NCBI GenBank assembly: GCA_009392515.1
Contig: VFGE01000020.1
Coordinates: 3,239 to 67,238 of the forward strand
Source: SAR202 cluster bacterium
GTDB lineage: Bacteria; Chloroflexota; Dehalococcoidia; Lucifugimonadales; UBA6952
Direction of reading: 5' to 3'
DNA: 64,000 nucleotides
Shown one piece after another: positions 39,231 to 49,291 of the stretch. The translations under genes and the position numbers were made by a program. Each line of letters begins with the position of its first letter. Position 1 is the stretch's first letter. The notes beneath the pieces are model-generated. The model had not been told where the DNA came from. It saw only the letters and a program-made list of their open reading frames with translations, and did not search any database.

Positions 39231-41132
39231 TTAATGATGATCCTCAGGGTCGGCTGGTTCAAAACACCAACCGTATGCCCCGAAAAATGTAGCAAGTATA
39301 CCAACTATTGCTATAGTTAAACCAACCACATTATATTGACTGTAAATTGCGAAACCAAAACCCGAAACTGATAACCCAATACCAGTTATAAATGGGAAAT
39401 AGGACAAACCTGGCATATGTATATCTACTTCTTCATCCCCTTGATTATCATCTGAAGCACCTTGCGGAATAGGCGTCATATAACCTTGCTCATCTGTACT
39501 ATATTTTGTATCCCAAAAAGAGTCTAAACCATTAACAATTGGGATTTCTTTAAAGTTGTATTCAGGAACTGGTGAAGGAATAGACCATTCTAGTGTCCTG
39601 CCGTCCCATGGATCTGCAAGATCAGTACGTCGTTCTTGTCTCATAGTGTAAAAAACATTGACTATGAATACGATAGTGCCTAATGCAATGATATATGAAC
39701 CTAAAGTGGAAACAGTATTCCAAAACTCCCAGCCATATTCAGCACCGTAGGTATAAATTCTTCGTGGCATACCGTCCATACCAAGCCAGTGCATAGGACC
39801 AAAACTCATATTCATACCAATAAATAATAAAACGAAATGAATAACACCCAAGTTTTCATTTAATAGCTTTCCACTAAATTTAGGCCACCAATAGTAAATT
39901 CCTGAGAAGATACCAAATATTGCACCGCCAAACAGTACGTAATGAAGATGGGCAACAATATAGTATGTATCCTGTTGTTGATAGTCTGATGGAGGAGCAG
40001 CATGGCTAACACCACTAAGACCACCGATAATAAATAAGAATACAAACCCTATAGAGAACAACATAGGGGTTTTAAAGTCTATTGAACCACCCCACATTGT
40101 ACCAATCCAATTGAATATTTTTACTCCTGTAGGAACTGCAATAAGCATTGTAGTAATAGCAAATGTAGCATTTGCTACAGGTCCCATTCCAACAGTAAAC
40201 ATGTGATGACTCCAAACAGCCCATCCCATAAATCCAATGAATATACCTGAAAATATAATAAATGGATATCCAAACAATGGTTTCTTAGAAAATGTTGGTA
40301 ATACCTCTGATACTATACCCATTGCAGGTAAAATTAAAATATAAACCTCAGGGTGACCAAAAACCCAAAATAAATGTTGCCATAAGAGAGGATCTCCACC
40401 GGCTCCAGGGGCGAAAAATTGCGTACCTAATATTCTATCTAAAGCTAGCTCAATTAAAGCTATAGTAATAACAGGCATAGCAGTAACTAACAAAATTGAT
40501 GTAATAAATGCCATCCAGGTAAATACAGGCATCCTCATCAGAGTCATACCGGGAGCCCTCATATTAATGATAGTTACAAGAAAATTCAAACCACCTGCAA
40601 CCGAAGAAACTCCAAGTACTAACAATCCAAGTGAATAGAAATCCATTCCTCTACCGCCACTACCATATTGGTCTAGAGTTAATGGAGCATAAGCAAACCA
40701 CCCTGAGTCTGCTGCTCCGCCTAGTATCCAACCTGCATTTAGTAACAATCCTCCCGAAAGATAAATCCAGTAACTTAATGCATTTAAACGTGGGAAAGCA
40801 ACGTCTCGAGCTCCAATTTGCAAGGGTACTATTAGATTGAAAAAAGTAACAGCTAAAGGCATAATCGCTAAAAATATCATAGTCAGTGCATGCATAGTAA
40901 ACAGCTGATTATAAATATCAGGTGAAACTATCTCATTATCTGCAAATGCAAGCTGACTTCTAATAATTACTGCTTCAAGTCCACCTAAAAGAAAAAAGAA
41001 TATAGCCGTAAAGCCATACATTATTCCTATTTTTTTGTGGTCAACCGTAGTAATCCAACCCCAAACACCTGTTGTGTAAGAAGTGGGTCTCTGCAAAAAC
41101 TTTGGCAGAGATCCTGAATTAGCTGCCATCAA
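39231..41132 (-). CDS. ctaD: Cytochrome c oxidase subunit I (heme-copper oxidase A-type)
   Basis: WFFGHPEVY-type motif (LFWVFGHPEVYILILP), HHMF and VAHLHYVL histidine ligands. 633 aa with additional C-terminal TM helices. Confidence 0.95.
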   Translation of the reverse strand: MMAANSGSLPKFLQRPTSYTTGVWGWITTVDHKKIGIMYGFTAIFFFLLGGLEAVIIRSQLAFADNEIVSPDIYNQLFTMHALTMIFLAIMPLAVTFFNLIVPLQIGARDVAFPRLNALSYWIYLSGGLLLNAGWILGGAADSGWFAYAPLTLDQYGSGGRGMDFYSLGLLVLGVSSVAGGLNFLVTIINMRAPGMTLMRMPVFTWMAFITSILLVTAMPVITIALIELALDRILGTQFFAPGAGGDPLLWQHLFWVFGHPEVYILILPAMGIVSEVLPTFSKKPLFGYPFIIFSGIFIGFMGWAVWSHHMFTVGMGPVANATFAITTMLIAVPTGVKIFNWIGTMWGGSIDFKTPMLFSIGFVFLFIIGGLSGVSHAAPPSDYQQQDTYYIVAHLHYVLFGGAIFGIFSGIYYWWPKFSGKLLNENLGVIHFVLLFIGMNMSFGPMHWLGMDGMPRRIYTYGAEYGWEFWNTVSTLGSYIIALGTIVFIVNVFYTMRQERRTDLADPWDGRTLEWSIPSPVPEYNFKEIPIVNGLDSFWDTKYSTDEQGYMTPIPQGASDDNQGDEEVDIHMPGLSYFPFITGIGLSVSGFGFAIYSQYNVVGLTIAIVGILATFFGAYGWCFEPADPEDHH

Positions 41133-41168
41133 TTTACCTCCGTTATTTTTATTTATTAGTGTTATTTA

Positions 41169-42269
41169 TTATCTTAATGTTTGCAAATATGCAACCAGAG
41201 CCTCAACATCTCCATCTTCAAAGTTTAGTGTTGGCATATAAACCCCAGGTTTCATATTTTTGGGATCAGTAATCCAAGAAGTTAAGTTTTCTTCGGTATT
41301 ATCAAACATTCCTGAAGCCAGCGTGGTCCTACTAGCAACATGAGTCAATACAGGACCTGCATTACCTCTTATTTTCATACCTGCTACTGTATGACAAGCT
41401 GCGCACATTTGATTCTCAACCTGTTGACCTCTTATAACTCCGCTGAATTTTTTATTAGCAAATATATTCGCACCTTTTGCTGCAAGGCCAGAACAATTTG
41501 CATCAGCAGAGGCACATTCAATAAGGCTAGCATTAGCAGATTTCTGTTCATTTTCTACCCATTCATCAAATCCAGCTTGATCATGAACATATACTTTGAA
41601 TTTCATGTTTGCATGAGATGTTCCACAATATTCAGCACATTGGGCATAATATTCGCCAGGTTCATCTGCAATAAACCACATAGAATTATTATTATTAGGA
41701 ACCAAATCCATTTTACCTGCTAATTTTGGAATCCAAAAACTATGGATAACGTTTTCAGATTTTAAGGAAACATTAATAACAGTGTTAGTAGGAATATGCA
41801 TTTCATTAGCTGTTACAATATTTATATTCTCATCAGTATATTCAAATCCCCACCACCATTGATACCCCTCAGCTGTTACTTCGATTTTAGGCATATTTGT
41901 AGGTATCTCGTCATGTTCGAAAATCATACTTACTGTTGGAATAGCAACAGCTGCCAAAACGAAAATAGGTGCTATTGTCCAAGCAATTTCGAGTTTATCA
42001 TGACCATGGACTTGTTTTGGAAGTTCATTTTCAGACTTTCTGCGATATTTTATGATTGTATAAACTAAACCTGTTTGAACTACAATAAAAACTGCAGCCA
42101 TTGCCCAAAAAAGGATCTCAAACAAATATCCCTGATCCCGGGCAATAGGACCTTTTGGATCAAATGTAGATTGCAAATGTTCAGGTGTACAAGCTAAAGA
42201 AAGCCCTAACAACATAGTTGCAAAAACAATCTTTAAAATCCTAGTGTGTTTCAAGTTATCACCATTCAA
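41169..42269 (-). CDS. ctaC: Cytochrome c oxidase subunit II with a fused C-terminal cytochrome c domain (caa3 type)
   Basis: CuA site HSFWIP...CAEYCGTSHANM and a C-terminal heme c motif CAACH plus a distal Met (YMPT). There is an N-terminal lipoprotein-like Cys. Confidence 0.92.
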   Translation of the reverse strand: MNGDNLKHTRILKIVFATMLLGLSLACTPEHLQSTFDPKGPIARDQGYLFEILFWAMAAVFIVVQTGLVYTIIKYRRKSENELPKQVHGHDKLEIAWTIAPIFVLAAVAIPTVSMIFEHDEIPTNMPKIEVTAEGYQWWWGFEYTDENINIVTANEMHIPTNTVINVSLKSENVIHSFWIPKLAGKMDLVPNNNNSMWFIADEPGEYYAQCAEYCGTSHANMKFKVYVHDQAGFDEWVENEQKSANASLIECASADANCSGLAAKGANIFANKKFSGVIRGQQVENQMCAACHTVAGMKIRGNAGPVLTHVASRTTLASGMFDNTEENLTSWITDPKNMKPGVYMPTLNFEDGDVEALVAYLQTLR

Positions 42270-42295
42270 GCTTTATTATATATCAATACATTCTA

Positions 42296-42319
42296 TCACA
42301 ATCTGTGATAAATTTCACA
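42296..42319. promoter_or_regulatory. CRP/FNR-family-type operator: TCACA-atc-TGTGA-taaatt-TCACA (perfect TGTGA-N6-TCACA at 42304-42319)
   Basis: Read directly from TATCACAATCTGTGATAAATTTCACAG in the 173-bp divergent ctaC / ctaA-ctaB intergenic region. The centre lies about 42 nt from the ctaC ATG and about 131 nt from the ctaAB ATG. Confidence 0.5.
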
Positions 42320-42442
42320 GCGAAATATATCAAAGACATTAGGTTCAGTCAATACAAACTGTAATCATTTATAAGAAGGCATAAAACATCATTCTTAAAA
42401 AAGACATTGTAGTTACTTAAGACCTGTTTTACAATAAAATTA

Positions 42443-44299
42443 ATGACTACTGAAAAAAATAACTATACAAACTTATTTGATCTTTCTGGGGTAGGTTCAG
42501 GATTTAAAACAATTCTGCTAATCACCTTATGTTTGCTTTTTGCACTTATAACTTTAGGTGGAATAGTTAGAGTTACTGATTCTGGTTTAGGGTGTCCTGA
42601 TTGGCCGCTTTGTTACGGGCAATTCATTCCGCCTCTTGAGGACGTAAATTACGCGGGTGAACTTATTGAGGTACATAAAATATGGATTGAGTGGTCTCAT
42701 AGGACATTAGCAGCTATAACTGGATTCCCTATTTTATTAGTGACAATACTTGCTTGGTGGAAATATCGTAAATTTTCACTAATAACGGTACCTGCTACAG
42801 TCGCTCTAATACTTTTAATCTTTCAAGTTGTACTAGGAGCGATTACAGTTCTAAGAGAATTACCACCAGAAATAGTTACAACTCATCTAAGCACTGCACA
42901 ATTTATATTTGCCACCCTGCTCTTTATGTATGTTATTTTGACTAACAAAATTCAACCTTTGAAAGACAAATTAATAATTGATAAAATTCCAAACCTTTTA
43001 CGATGGTCCATAATTGGTGCTGCAAGTTCATTTATAATACTTATATCGGGATCATATGTTGTTGGCGCAGGTGCAGGCACCAGTTGCCCCAATTGGCCTC
43101 TTTGTGATAACACTCTATTGCCGCAACTAAATATTCAATGGCTACATATGTTTCATAGAGTCGTAGTAGTAGTGGGCACTATCACAATAGCAATTCCTGT
43201 AATCTACGCATACAAAATAAATATTCCCAAAATTACTTTTCCAGGATTACTTGTAGGAACATTTTTACTCGCCCAAATTTTTATTGGAGCGTTAAATCCA
43301 GCTTCAGGATTTCATCCTGTATTCAGAGTCCTTCATTTGTCATTAGCGTCTGCATTATGGCTTGCATCTATGTACCTTTTAACTATTACCTGGATGTATC
43401 AAAAACAAACAAACTTAAAATCTGAATTCAATTTAATACAACTACTATCTGACTATTTTGAATTATCCAAACCTTTGATCATTTTATTATTACTACTTTC
43501 TGCTCTAACTGGAATGATTATTGCTGAGCAAGGTTTGCCACAAATACATCTTATAGCTACTGTATTAGTTGCAGGTGCTTTGGCTTCTGCCGGGGCTAAT
43601 GCAATAAATAATTTTATGGATAGAGACATAGATACCGTCATGTCTCGAACCAAATCCAGACCTGTTGCTGGAAGTAGAGTTAGCCCTACAAATGCATTGA
43701 TTTTTGGCATCGTATTAAACGTAATATCTTTCGTAGCCTTTTGGACAATAGTTAATTTACTTAGTGCTTTATTAACATTAGGTGCCACTTTATTTTATGT
43801 TTTTATTTACACGCTGTGGTTAAAAAGAACTTCTACTCAAAATATTGTTATTGGTGGAGCTGCAGGAGCACTTCCTCCTATCATTGGATGGGCTGCTGTA
43901 CAAGGCAGTATTGGACTACCATCACTATACCTTTTTGCAATAATTTTCTTTTGGACACCTCCACATTTTTGGGCACTCTCCATCCTTTTGGAAAAAGATT
44001 ATGCTAATGCAAATATTCCAATGCTAAATGTAGTTATGGGTATAGAAGAAACGCGTAAATTTATAATGATGCATTCAATAATTTTAGTTGCTTTAACTAT
44101 ACTTTTCTATACTGTTCCTCAACTAGGTTTATTTTACCTTGTTTCTGCATTAATCTTAGATGTATATTTTTTGTATCTTGGTATAAAACTCTGGCAGAGC
44201 CAAGACCATTTATCTGCGAGAAAATTATATTTATATTCCCTGTTATATCTTATGCTTTTATTAATAGCAGTTATGATTAGTAGTGGTTTCGGTATTTGA
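42443..44299 (+). CDS. ctaA-ctaB: Fusion protein: heme A synthase (CtaA/COX15) N-terminal half plus protoheme IX farnesyltransferase (CtaB/COX10) C-terminal half
   Basis: The N-terminal half has paired-Cys loops GLGCPDWPLCYG and GTSCPNWPLCDN. The C-terminal half has NNFMDRDIDTVMSRTKSRP and the UbiA-type second motif. It is a single 618-aa frame. Confidence 0.85.
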   Translation: MTTEKNNYTNLFDLSGVGSGFKTILLITLCLLFALITLGGIVRVTDSGLGCPDWPLCYGQFIPPLEDVNYAGELIEVHKIWIEWSHRTLAAITGFPILLVTILAWWKYRKFSLITVPATVALILLIFQVVLGAITVLRELPPEIVTTHLSTAQFIFATLLFMYVILTNKIQPLKDKLIIDKIPNLLRWSIIGAASSFIILISGSYVVGAGAGTSCPNWPLCDNTLLPQLNIQWLHMFHRVVVVVGTITIAIPVIYAYKINIPKITFPGLLVGTFLLAQIFIGALNPASGFHPVFRVLHLSLASALWLASMYLLTITWMYQKQTNLKSEFNLIQLLSDYFELSKPLIILLLLLSALTGMIIAEQGLPQIHLIATVLVAGALASAGANAINNFMDRDIDTVMSRTKSRPVAGSRVSPTNALIFGIVLNVISFVAFWTIVNLLSALLTLGATLFYVFIYTLWLKRTSTQNIVIGGAAGALPPIIGWAAVQGSIGLPSLYLFAIIFFWTPPHFWALSILLEKDYANANIPMLNVVMGIEETRKFIMMHSIILVALTILFYTVPQLGLFYLVSALILDVYFLYLGIKLWQSQDHLSARKLYLYSLLYLMLLLIAVMISSGFGI

Positions 44300-45015
44300 T
44301 AAGTATACAAAAAATATACAAACCTTTTTCCTACAGTATTACCTTATTAGTAGTATTTTTACTTTGGACTATTTTGCTAACTAACTGCACACCTAATGAA
44401 TTTAAAGGGACAACTATTACTAATGGTCAAGAAATCCCCTCATTTAAACTTACAGACCAATACAATAATTCTGTAATCACTGATGACTTTGATGGCCAAA
44501 TTATTGTTTTAACTTTTTTATATTCAGAATGTAAAGAAGAATGCAAAATCATTGTCCCAATAATCTCTAAATTGCAATCTGAAATTTTGAACCAACATCC
44601 AGACATTGCCAAAGATATAACATTCCTTTCCATTTCTGTGGATCCAAACAATGATATCCCAGAAAATACATATAAATACATGAGATTAAATAACGAAAAT
44701 CCTTACTGGCAATCGAAAGAAGTTCAAGCTAACTGGGTTTTTCTAAGTGGAGAACTCGAAAAACTTGAAGGTATTTGGAGTCATTATGGTATAGCAACAG
44801 ATGCAGCAATTATGGATCAAGGCAATGTTATTGAAGTAATTTCGCAAAAAACTATGCGAGATTTATATAATAATGACAACTTTCCTTCTTATAAAATAGA
44901 TCATTCTTTACCAATTTATATTATAGATAAGTCAGGCGTTACACGATCTGTTTATAATGATTTAAAAATAGATACTGAAGATATAATCCATGATATACTT
45001 CTCATTGCGAATTAA
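44296..45015 (+). CDS. SCO1/SenC-like thioredoxin-fold copper chaperone (membrane anchored)
   Basis: N-terminal TM segment, CxxxC motif (CKEEC) and a distal DHS...YIIDKSG motif. The TTG start overlaps the ctaAB stop (TTGA). Confidence 0.65.
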   Translation: MISIQKIYKPFSYSITLLVVFLLWTILLTNCTPNEFKGTTITNGQEIPSFKLTDQYNNSVITDDFDGQIIVLTFLYSECKEECKIIVPIISKLQSEILNQHPDIAKDITFLSISVDPNNDIPENTYKYMRLNNENPYWQSKEVQANWVFLSGELEKLEGIWSHYGIATDAAIMDQGNVIEVISQKTMRDLYNNDNFPSYKIDHSLPIYIIDKSGVTRSVYNDLKIDTEDIIHDILLIAN

Positions 45016-45033
45016 AAATTACAGGGGGCAATT

Positions 45034-46665
45034 ATGAATGGTACTGAAGCGATAGCAAGAATATTAAAAAAAGAAGGAATTGAATGGATATCCTGTTTTC
45101 CCTCAAATCCTGTTATTGAAGCAGCTGCTAAAGAAGGTATTCGACCCATAGCTTTTAGACATGAACGTGGGGGCATGATGGCAGCAGATGGATTCAGTCG
45201 CATGAATGATAGAAATCAATTTGGAGTTTTTGCTATGCAAAACCAAGCTGGTGCTGAAAACTCTATGGGTGGAATTAGCCAGGCTTTTGCGGACAATATT
45301 CCTGTTTTAGTATTACCAGGTGCCCCTGCTTTGCACAGAATTAATATAAGACCAGAATTCTCTGCAGTAGATACATTTAGAAATGTTTTAAAATACGGTG
45401 AGTTAGTTAATAAAGCAGATCAAATACCTGATGTCATGAGAAGAGCATTCCATCAACTTAGAAACGGACGACCTGGCCCTGTCATGATTGAACTTCCTAG
45501 TGATGTAGGTGCAAGTGAAATAAATATCGATATAGATTCGTATCATTCACCTACAAAAAGTACTCAATTACCTTCAATATCTAGTATTAAAGATACAGTT
45601 TCAGCGTTACTAAAAGCAAAAAATCCCATAATTTGGTCAGGTATGGGTGTTTTATTTTCTCAATCTACTGAAGAACTCAAGGAATTGGCAGAATTACTAA
45701 GTCTACCAGTATATACCAGTATGCCTGGCAAATCAGGATTTGATGAAACTCATCCATTATCATTAGGAGCAGGTTCTGGAGCAACAACTGCAGCTGCTGT
45801 TAAATGGTTAGATGAATCAGATTTAATCCTTGCGTTAGGTACAAGTCTAACTCGAACACCATATGCAAGAACTATACCTGACGGAAAAACTATAATTCAT
45901 AATGTTGTCAGTGTAGAAGATATTAATAAAGATTATAACGTAGAAATTTCACTTCCTGGGGATACAAAGGAAACGATAAAATTATTGATTGATGAAATAA
46001 AATCACAAGTGGGTGACAAAGGTAAACAAAGACCTGAAGTTATTAAAGAAATACAAAGTGTTAAATCAAAATGGCTAGAACAATGGTTGCCAATATTAAC
46101 AGATGATGAAGGACCGATTAATCCTTACAGGTTAATATGGGAATTAGACCAAACAGTTGATAAAACCCAAAGCGTAGTAACTCATGATGCCGGAGCACCA
46201 AGAGATATGATGGTGCCGTTTTATAATGCAACAACTCCCCATGGTTATGTAGGTTGGGGGAAAACTACTCATCTTGGGTTTGGTATTCCATTAATGATTG
46301 GGGTTAAAAAAGCATTCCCAGAAAAATTTTGTGTCAATTTTATGGGTGATGGTGCCTTTGGAATGTCTGGTTTAGATATTGAAACGTCGGTTAGGTCAAA
46401 TTTACCAATTACGACTATTCTATTAAATAACGGTGGAATGGCAACCTATCCTGGAGGCTTTCCTACTGCGCGAGAAGTTTATGGTGTTTCACATATGTTT
46501 GGAGAATATTGGAAAATAGCTGAAGGAATGGGCGCTACTGGTATCAAAATAACCAAGCCATCAGAAATTAAGCCAGCATTATTACAGGCACAAAAGCTTA
46601 ATAGCGAAGGAAAAACTGTTCTTATAGACGCACATACTAAATTTGCAGATCAAAGATCTAATTAA
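45034..46665 (+). CDS. Thiamine-diphosphate-dependent enzyme (acetolactate synthase / sulfoacetaldehyde acetyltransferase-like)
   Basis: N-terminal PYR domain (NGTEAIARILKKEGIEWISCFP...ERGGMMAADG) and C-terminal TPP-binding GDGAFGMSG...NNGG. Confidence 0.8.
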   Translation: MNGTEAIARILKKEGIEWISCFPSNPVIEAAAKEGIRPIAFRHERGGMMAADGFSRMNDRNQFGVFAMQNQAGAENSMGGISQAFADNIPVLVLPGAPALHRINIRPEFSAVDTFRNVLKYGELVNKADQIPDVMRRAFHQLRNGRPGPVMIELPSDVGASEINIDIDSYHSPTKSTQLPSISSIKDTVSALLKAKNPIIWSGMGVLFSQSTEELKELAELLSLPVYTSMPGKSGFDETHPLSLGAGSGATTAAAVKWLDESDLILALGTSLTRTPYARTIPDGKTIIHNVVSVEDINKDYNVEISLPGDTKETIKLLIDEIKSQVGDKGKQRPEVIKEIQSVKSKWLEQWLPILTDDEGPINPYRLIWELDQTVDKTQSVVTHDAGAPRDMMVPFYNATTPHGYVGWGKTTHLGFGIPLMIGVKKAFPEKFCVNFMGDGAFGMSGLDIETSVRSNLPITTILLNNGGMATYPGGFPTAREVYGVSHMFGEYWKIAEGMGATGIKITKPSEIKPALLQAQKLNSEGKTVLIDAHTKFADQRSN

Positions 46666-46667
46666 AA

Positions 46668-47459
46668 TTAAGAACCATTAAATATAGGGTCTCGTTTATC
46701 AATAAATGCTTTAAATCCTTCTTTACAATCAGCAGTTCTTGACATGGTTGCTATACCTAAATGCTCTAAAGCCATCTGAGATTCTAAAGATTGTTCAAAA
46801 GTTGAAACTAATAATTTCTTTGCCATACCTATAGCTGAAGTGGCACCTTTAGCTATAGATTCAACGAACTTTTGGCCATCTTCAATCAATGAATCTTCAG
46901 GTACAACTCGGCTTACTAGCCCCCAGTCCATAGCTTCTTCAGCGCTCAAAATACGATTTGTAATCATAAGGTCCATCATTTTTCTTATCCCTATGATTCT
47001 AGGAAGAAAATAACTGGAAGAACCATCAGGAGAAAATCCAATTCTAGAATATGCTAACGTAAACTTCGCAGAATCAGAGGATACAACAAAGTCCGATGCC
47101 CCAACCAAACTTAGACCTGCCCCTGCTGCAAATCCTTGCACTATAGAAATTACTGGAGCCTTGCATCTTGAAAAATTAGCTATTGCTGCATGTAAATTTG
47201 TAGCCATACTTTCTAGGTATTTTTCAAGATTACTGCCTTCTTGACTGAATGCTTTAACATTCCCACCGCCACAAAATATTTTTCCCTGTCCAGTTATTTT
47301 GATTGCTCTTAATTTAAAATTAGTTAGACATATTTCAGAAACTTGAGCCATTTCTTCTGCCATCTCTGATGTCATGGCATTTGCACTATCTGGAGTAGCA
47401 AATTCCATATATGCGATTTGATCTTTTATATCAAAATTTAAAGTTTTATAAGAACTCAT
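46668..47459 (-). CDS. Enoyl-CoA hydratase/isomerase (crotonase) family protein
   Basis: 263 aa with an FCGGGNVKAF oxyanion-hole region, GFAAGAGLSL, and crotonase length. Confidence 0.8.
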   Translation of the reverse strand: MSSYKTLNFDIKDQIAYMEFATPDSANAMTSEMAEEMAQVSEICLTNFKLRAIKITGQGKIFCGGGNVKAFSQEGSNLEKYLESMATNLHAAIANFSRCKAPVISIVQGFAAGAGLSLVGASDFVVSSDSAKFTLAYSRIGFSPDGSSSYFLPRIIGIRKMMDLMITNRILSAEEAMDWGLVSRVVPEDSLIEDGQKFVESIAKGATSAIGMAKKLLVSTFEQSLESQMALEHLGIATMSRTADCKEGFKAFIDKRDPIFNGS

Positions 47460-47472
47460 ATATACCTCTTTT

Positions 47473-48345
47473 TTATTGTATTTCTGATAACCATTGACTT
47501 ATTTCATATCCAATTTCTATTGGTGAGTCTTCTTGAATAAAATGCAAACCTTTAACTGTAACTTCTTTTTGATTTGTCCATTGTCTACAAAATTCCCTCT
47601 GTGCACCTGTGAGAATAGAACCAGGATTAGCATTGATAAATAATTTTGGAAATTTACTTTTATTCATAAATTCAGCATAATTACTAATTATTTCAACCAT
47701 ATGTTGGGGTTCCCCAGAAATTGGAATTTCTCTAGGCCATACTAAAGTTGGTAGTCTAGTTTCCATAATCGAATATGGAGATCTGTAAATTTCCATTGCA
47801 GCATCAGAAACACCGTTTATAGCACTATTTGGTAGTATTCTCTCAACAAAAATATTTTTTTCAAATATCAATTCTTCACCAGCATCAGATCGAAGAAGAT
47901 TAAATATATTTCTAGCATTCTCTGGCCACTCGTCCCAAGTTATTGGTCTAACTAAAGCCTCCATATAAACAATACCTTTTATTCTTTCAGGATTATTATA
48001 TGCCCAATAAAAACCTAGAGCAGAGCCCCAATCATGAATTACCAAGGTAATTTTCCCATCGGGCACCACATTGTCAATAAATTCTGACAAATAATTATAA
48101 TGCTCTAAAAAAGTATATCTGCAATTATCCGGTTTGCCAGAATTACCCATTCCGATTAAATCCGGTGCTATACAACGTGAAGTTTTCTCTATTTGTGGAA
48201 TTATATTTCGCCACAAAAATGATGATGTTGGATTTCCATGTATAAACATAATAACATCACCGTTTCCGCTATCAATATAAGACATAAATGAACTATTTAT
48301 GTCTACTTTTTTTCTTTCATAATTGTCTATTGAACTAATTTCCAT
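47473..48345 (-). CDS. Haloalkane dehalogenase (HLD-II, DhaA/Renilla-luciferase-like alpha/beta hydrolase)
   Basis: HGNPTSSFLWRNIIP, nucleophile motif IHDWGSALGF, YMEALVRPITWDEWPE and GLHFIQEDSP (catalytic His) closely match the DhaA pattern. Confidence 0.88.
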   Translation of the reverse strand: MEISSIDNYERKKVDINSSFMSYIDSGNGDVIMFIHGNPTSSFLWRNIIPQIEKTSRCIAPDLIGMGNSGKPDNCRYTFLEHYNYLSEFIDNVVPDGKITLVIHDWGSALGFYWAYNNPERIKGIVYMEALVRPITWDEWPENARNIFNLLRSDAGEELIFEKNIFVERILPNSAINGVSDAAMEIYRSPYSIMETRLPTLVWPREIPISGEPQHMVEIISNYAEFMNKSKFPKLFINANPGSILTGAQREFCRQWTNQKEVTVKGLHFIQEDSPIEIGYEISQWLSEIQ

Positions 48346-48348
48346 AGC

Positions 48349-49221
48349 TTACATACTCCGAATTTTTTTGATTAATAATTGGGCCATGTAATAATCTCTA
48401 ACACCTCCATTTTCTATTGGTGGTACTAGGTATATATTATTAAAACCTAAGCTTAATAATTCCTGAACAAACTTCAAAGCAATTTCCAACGAAGAAACAT
48501 TAGATTTCATTTCATTTTCTACATCTTCTGGTATAAATCCCCAATTTCTTCCAGTCTTAGAAAGCATTTGTACTCCATAAAAAATTGGCTTATCTATTCT
48601 ATAACCATATTGTGAATAATATGCTTTATGAAAATCTAAAATTAAACTTGTGTCATAACAAGGTTGCGAGATGAAAAAATCTGTACCGTTAGTAATTTTT
48701 TTTCTAACTAATTTTATTTCATTAATTTGTGGTACTTTTGAAAAATCTATAGCACTACCAACGGTAAAAGTTGCTATAGAATCTAATTTACTCTGTTGGA
48801 AATCCATTCCATGGTTCAAATTAACAATATCAGAAATTAAAGTTGTAGTTGTATAATCATTAACAGTTTTTGCTGATTTTTTTTGTTTGGTAGACTTATC
48901 TCCATTAACAACAAACACATTATTTAAATTTAGCATTTGTGCACCCAGTAAATTACTTTGGATAGCTAGTTTATTCATATCACGACAGTTCAGAGTAAAA
49001 ATCACATTTTGGTTTTCTTGATAGCTTAACTTATATGCAAAAGGTATAGGTGCTGATCTAACAGAGCCCCCAGGACTATCTATAATTAACAAAAAATCTG
49101 AATTGATATTTATAATTGATTCATACCCTACGTTATTTACACCTTTTGGGGGGGAAATATCTGTTATAAATACATTACCAAATTTTGTTTCTGTTTCTTC
49201 TATTTCTTGAATAAATCCCAT
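48349..49221 (-). CDS. Methylenetetrahydrofolate reductase-like (MetF family) protein
   Basis: Ordered resemblance to MetF motifs: DISPPKG (EFFPPR), TLNCRD (HLTC-D), VVNGD (ALRGD) and FFISQPCYD (AITQFFFD). The alignment is by eye only. Confidence 0.55.
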   Translation of the reverse strand: MGFIQEIEETETKFGNVFITDISPPKGVNNVGYESIININSDFLLIIDSPGGSVRSAPIPFAYKLSYQENQNVIFTLNCRDMNKLAIQSNLLGAQMLNLNNVFVVNGDKSTKQKKSAKTVNDYTTTTLISDIVNLNHGMDFQQSKLDSIATFTVGSAIDFSKVPQINEIKLVRKKITNGTDFFISQPCYDTSLILDFHKAYYSQYGYRIDKPIFYGVQMLSKTGRNWGFIPEDVENEMKSNVSSLEIALKFVQELLSLGFNNIYLVPPIENGGVRDYYMAQLLIKKIRSM

Positions 49222-49291
49222 ATCATATGACCAATAAAAAAATTTAATCGTTTAAATTATTTTTTGTAATTATAATAACTGGATAATAAAA

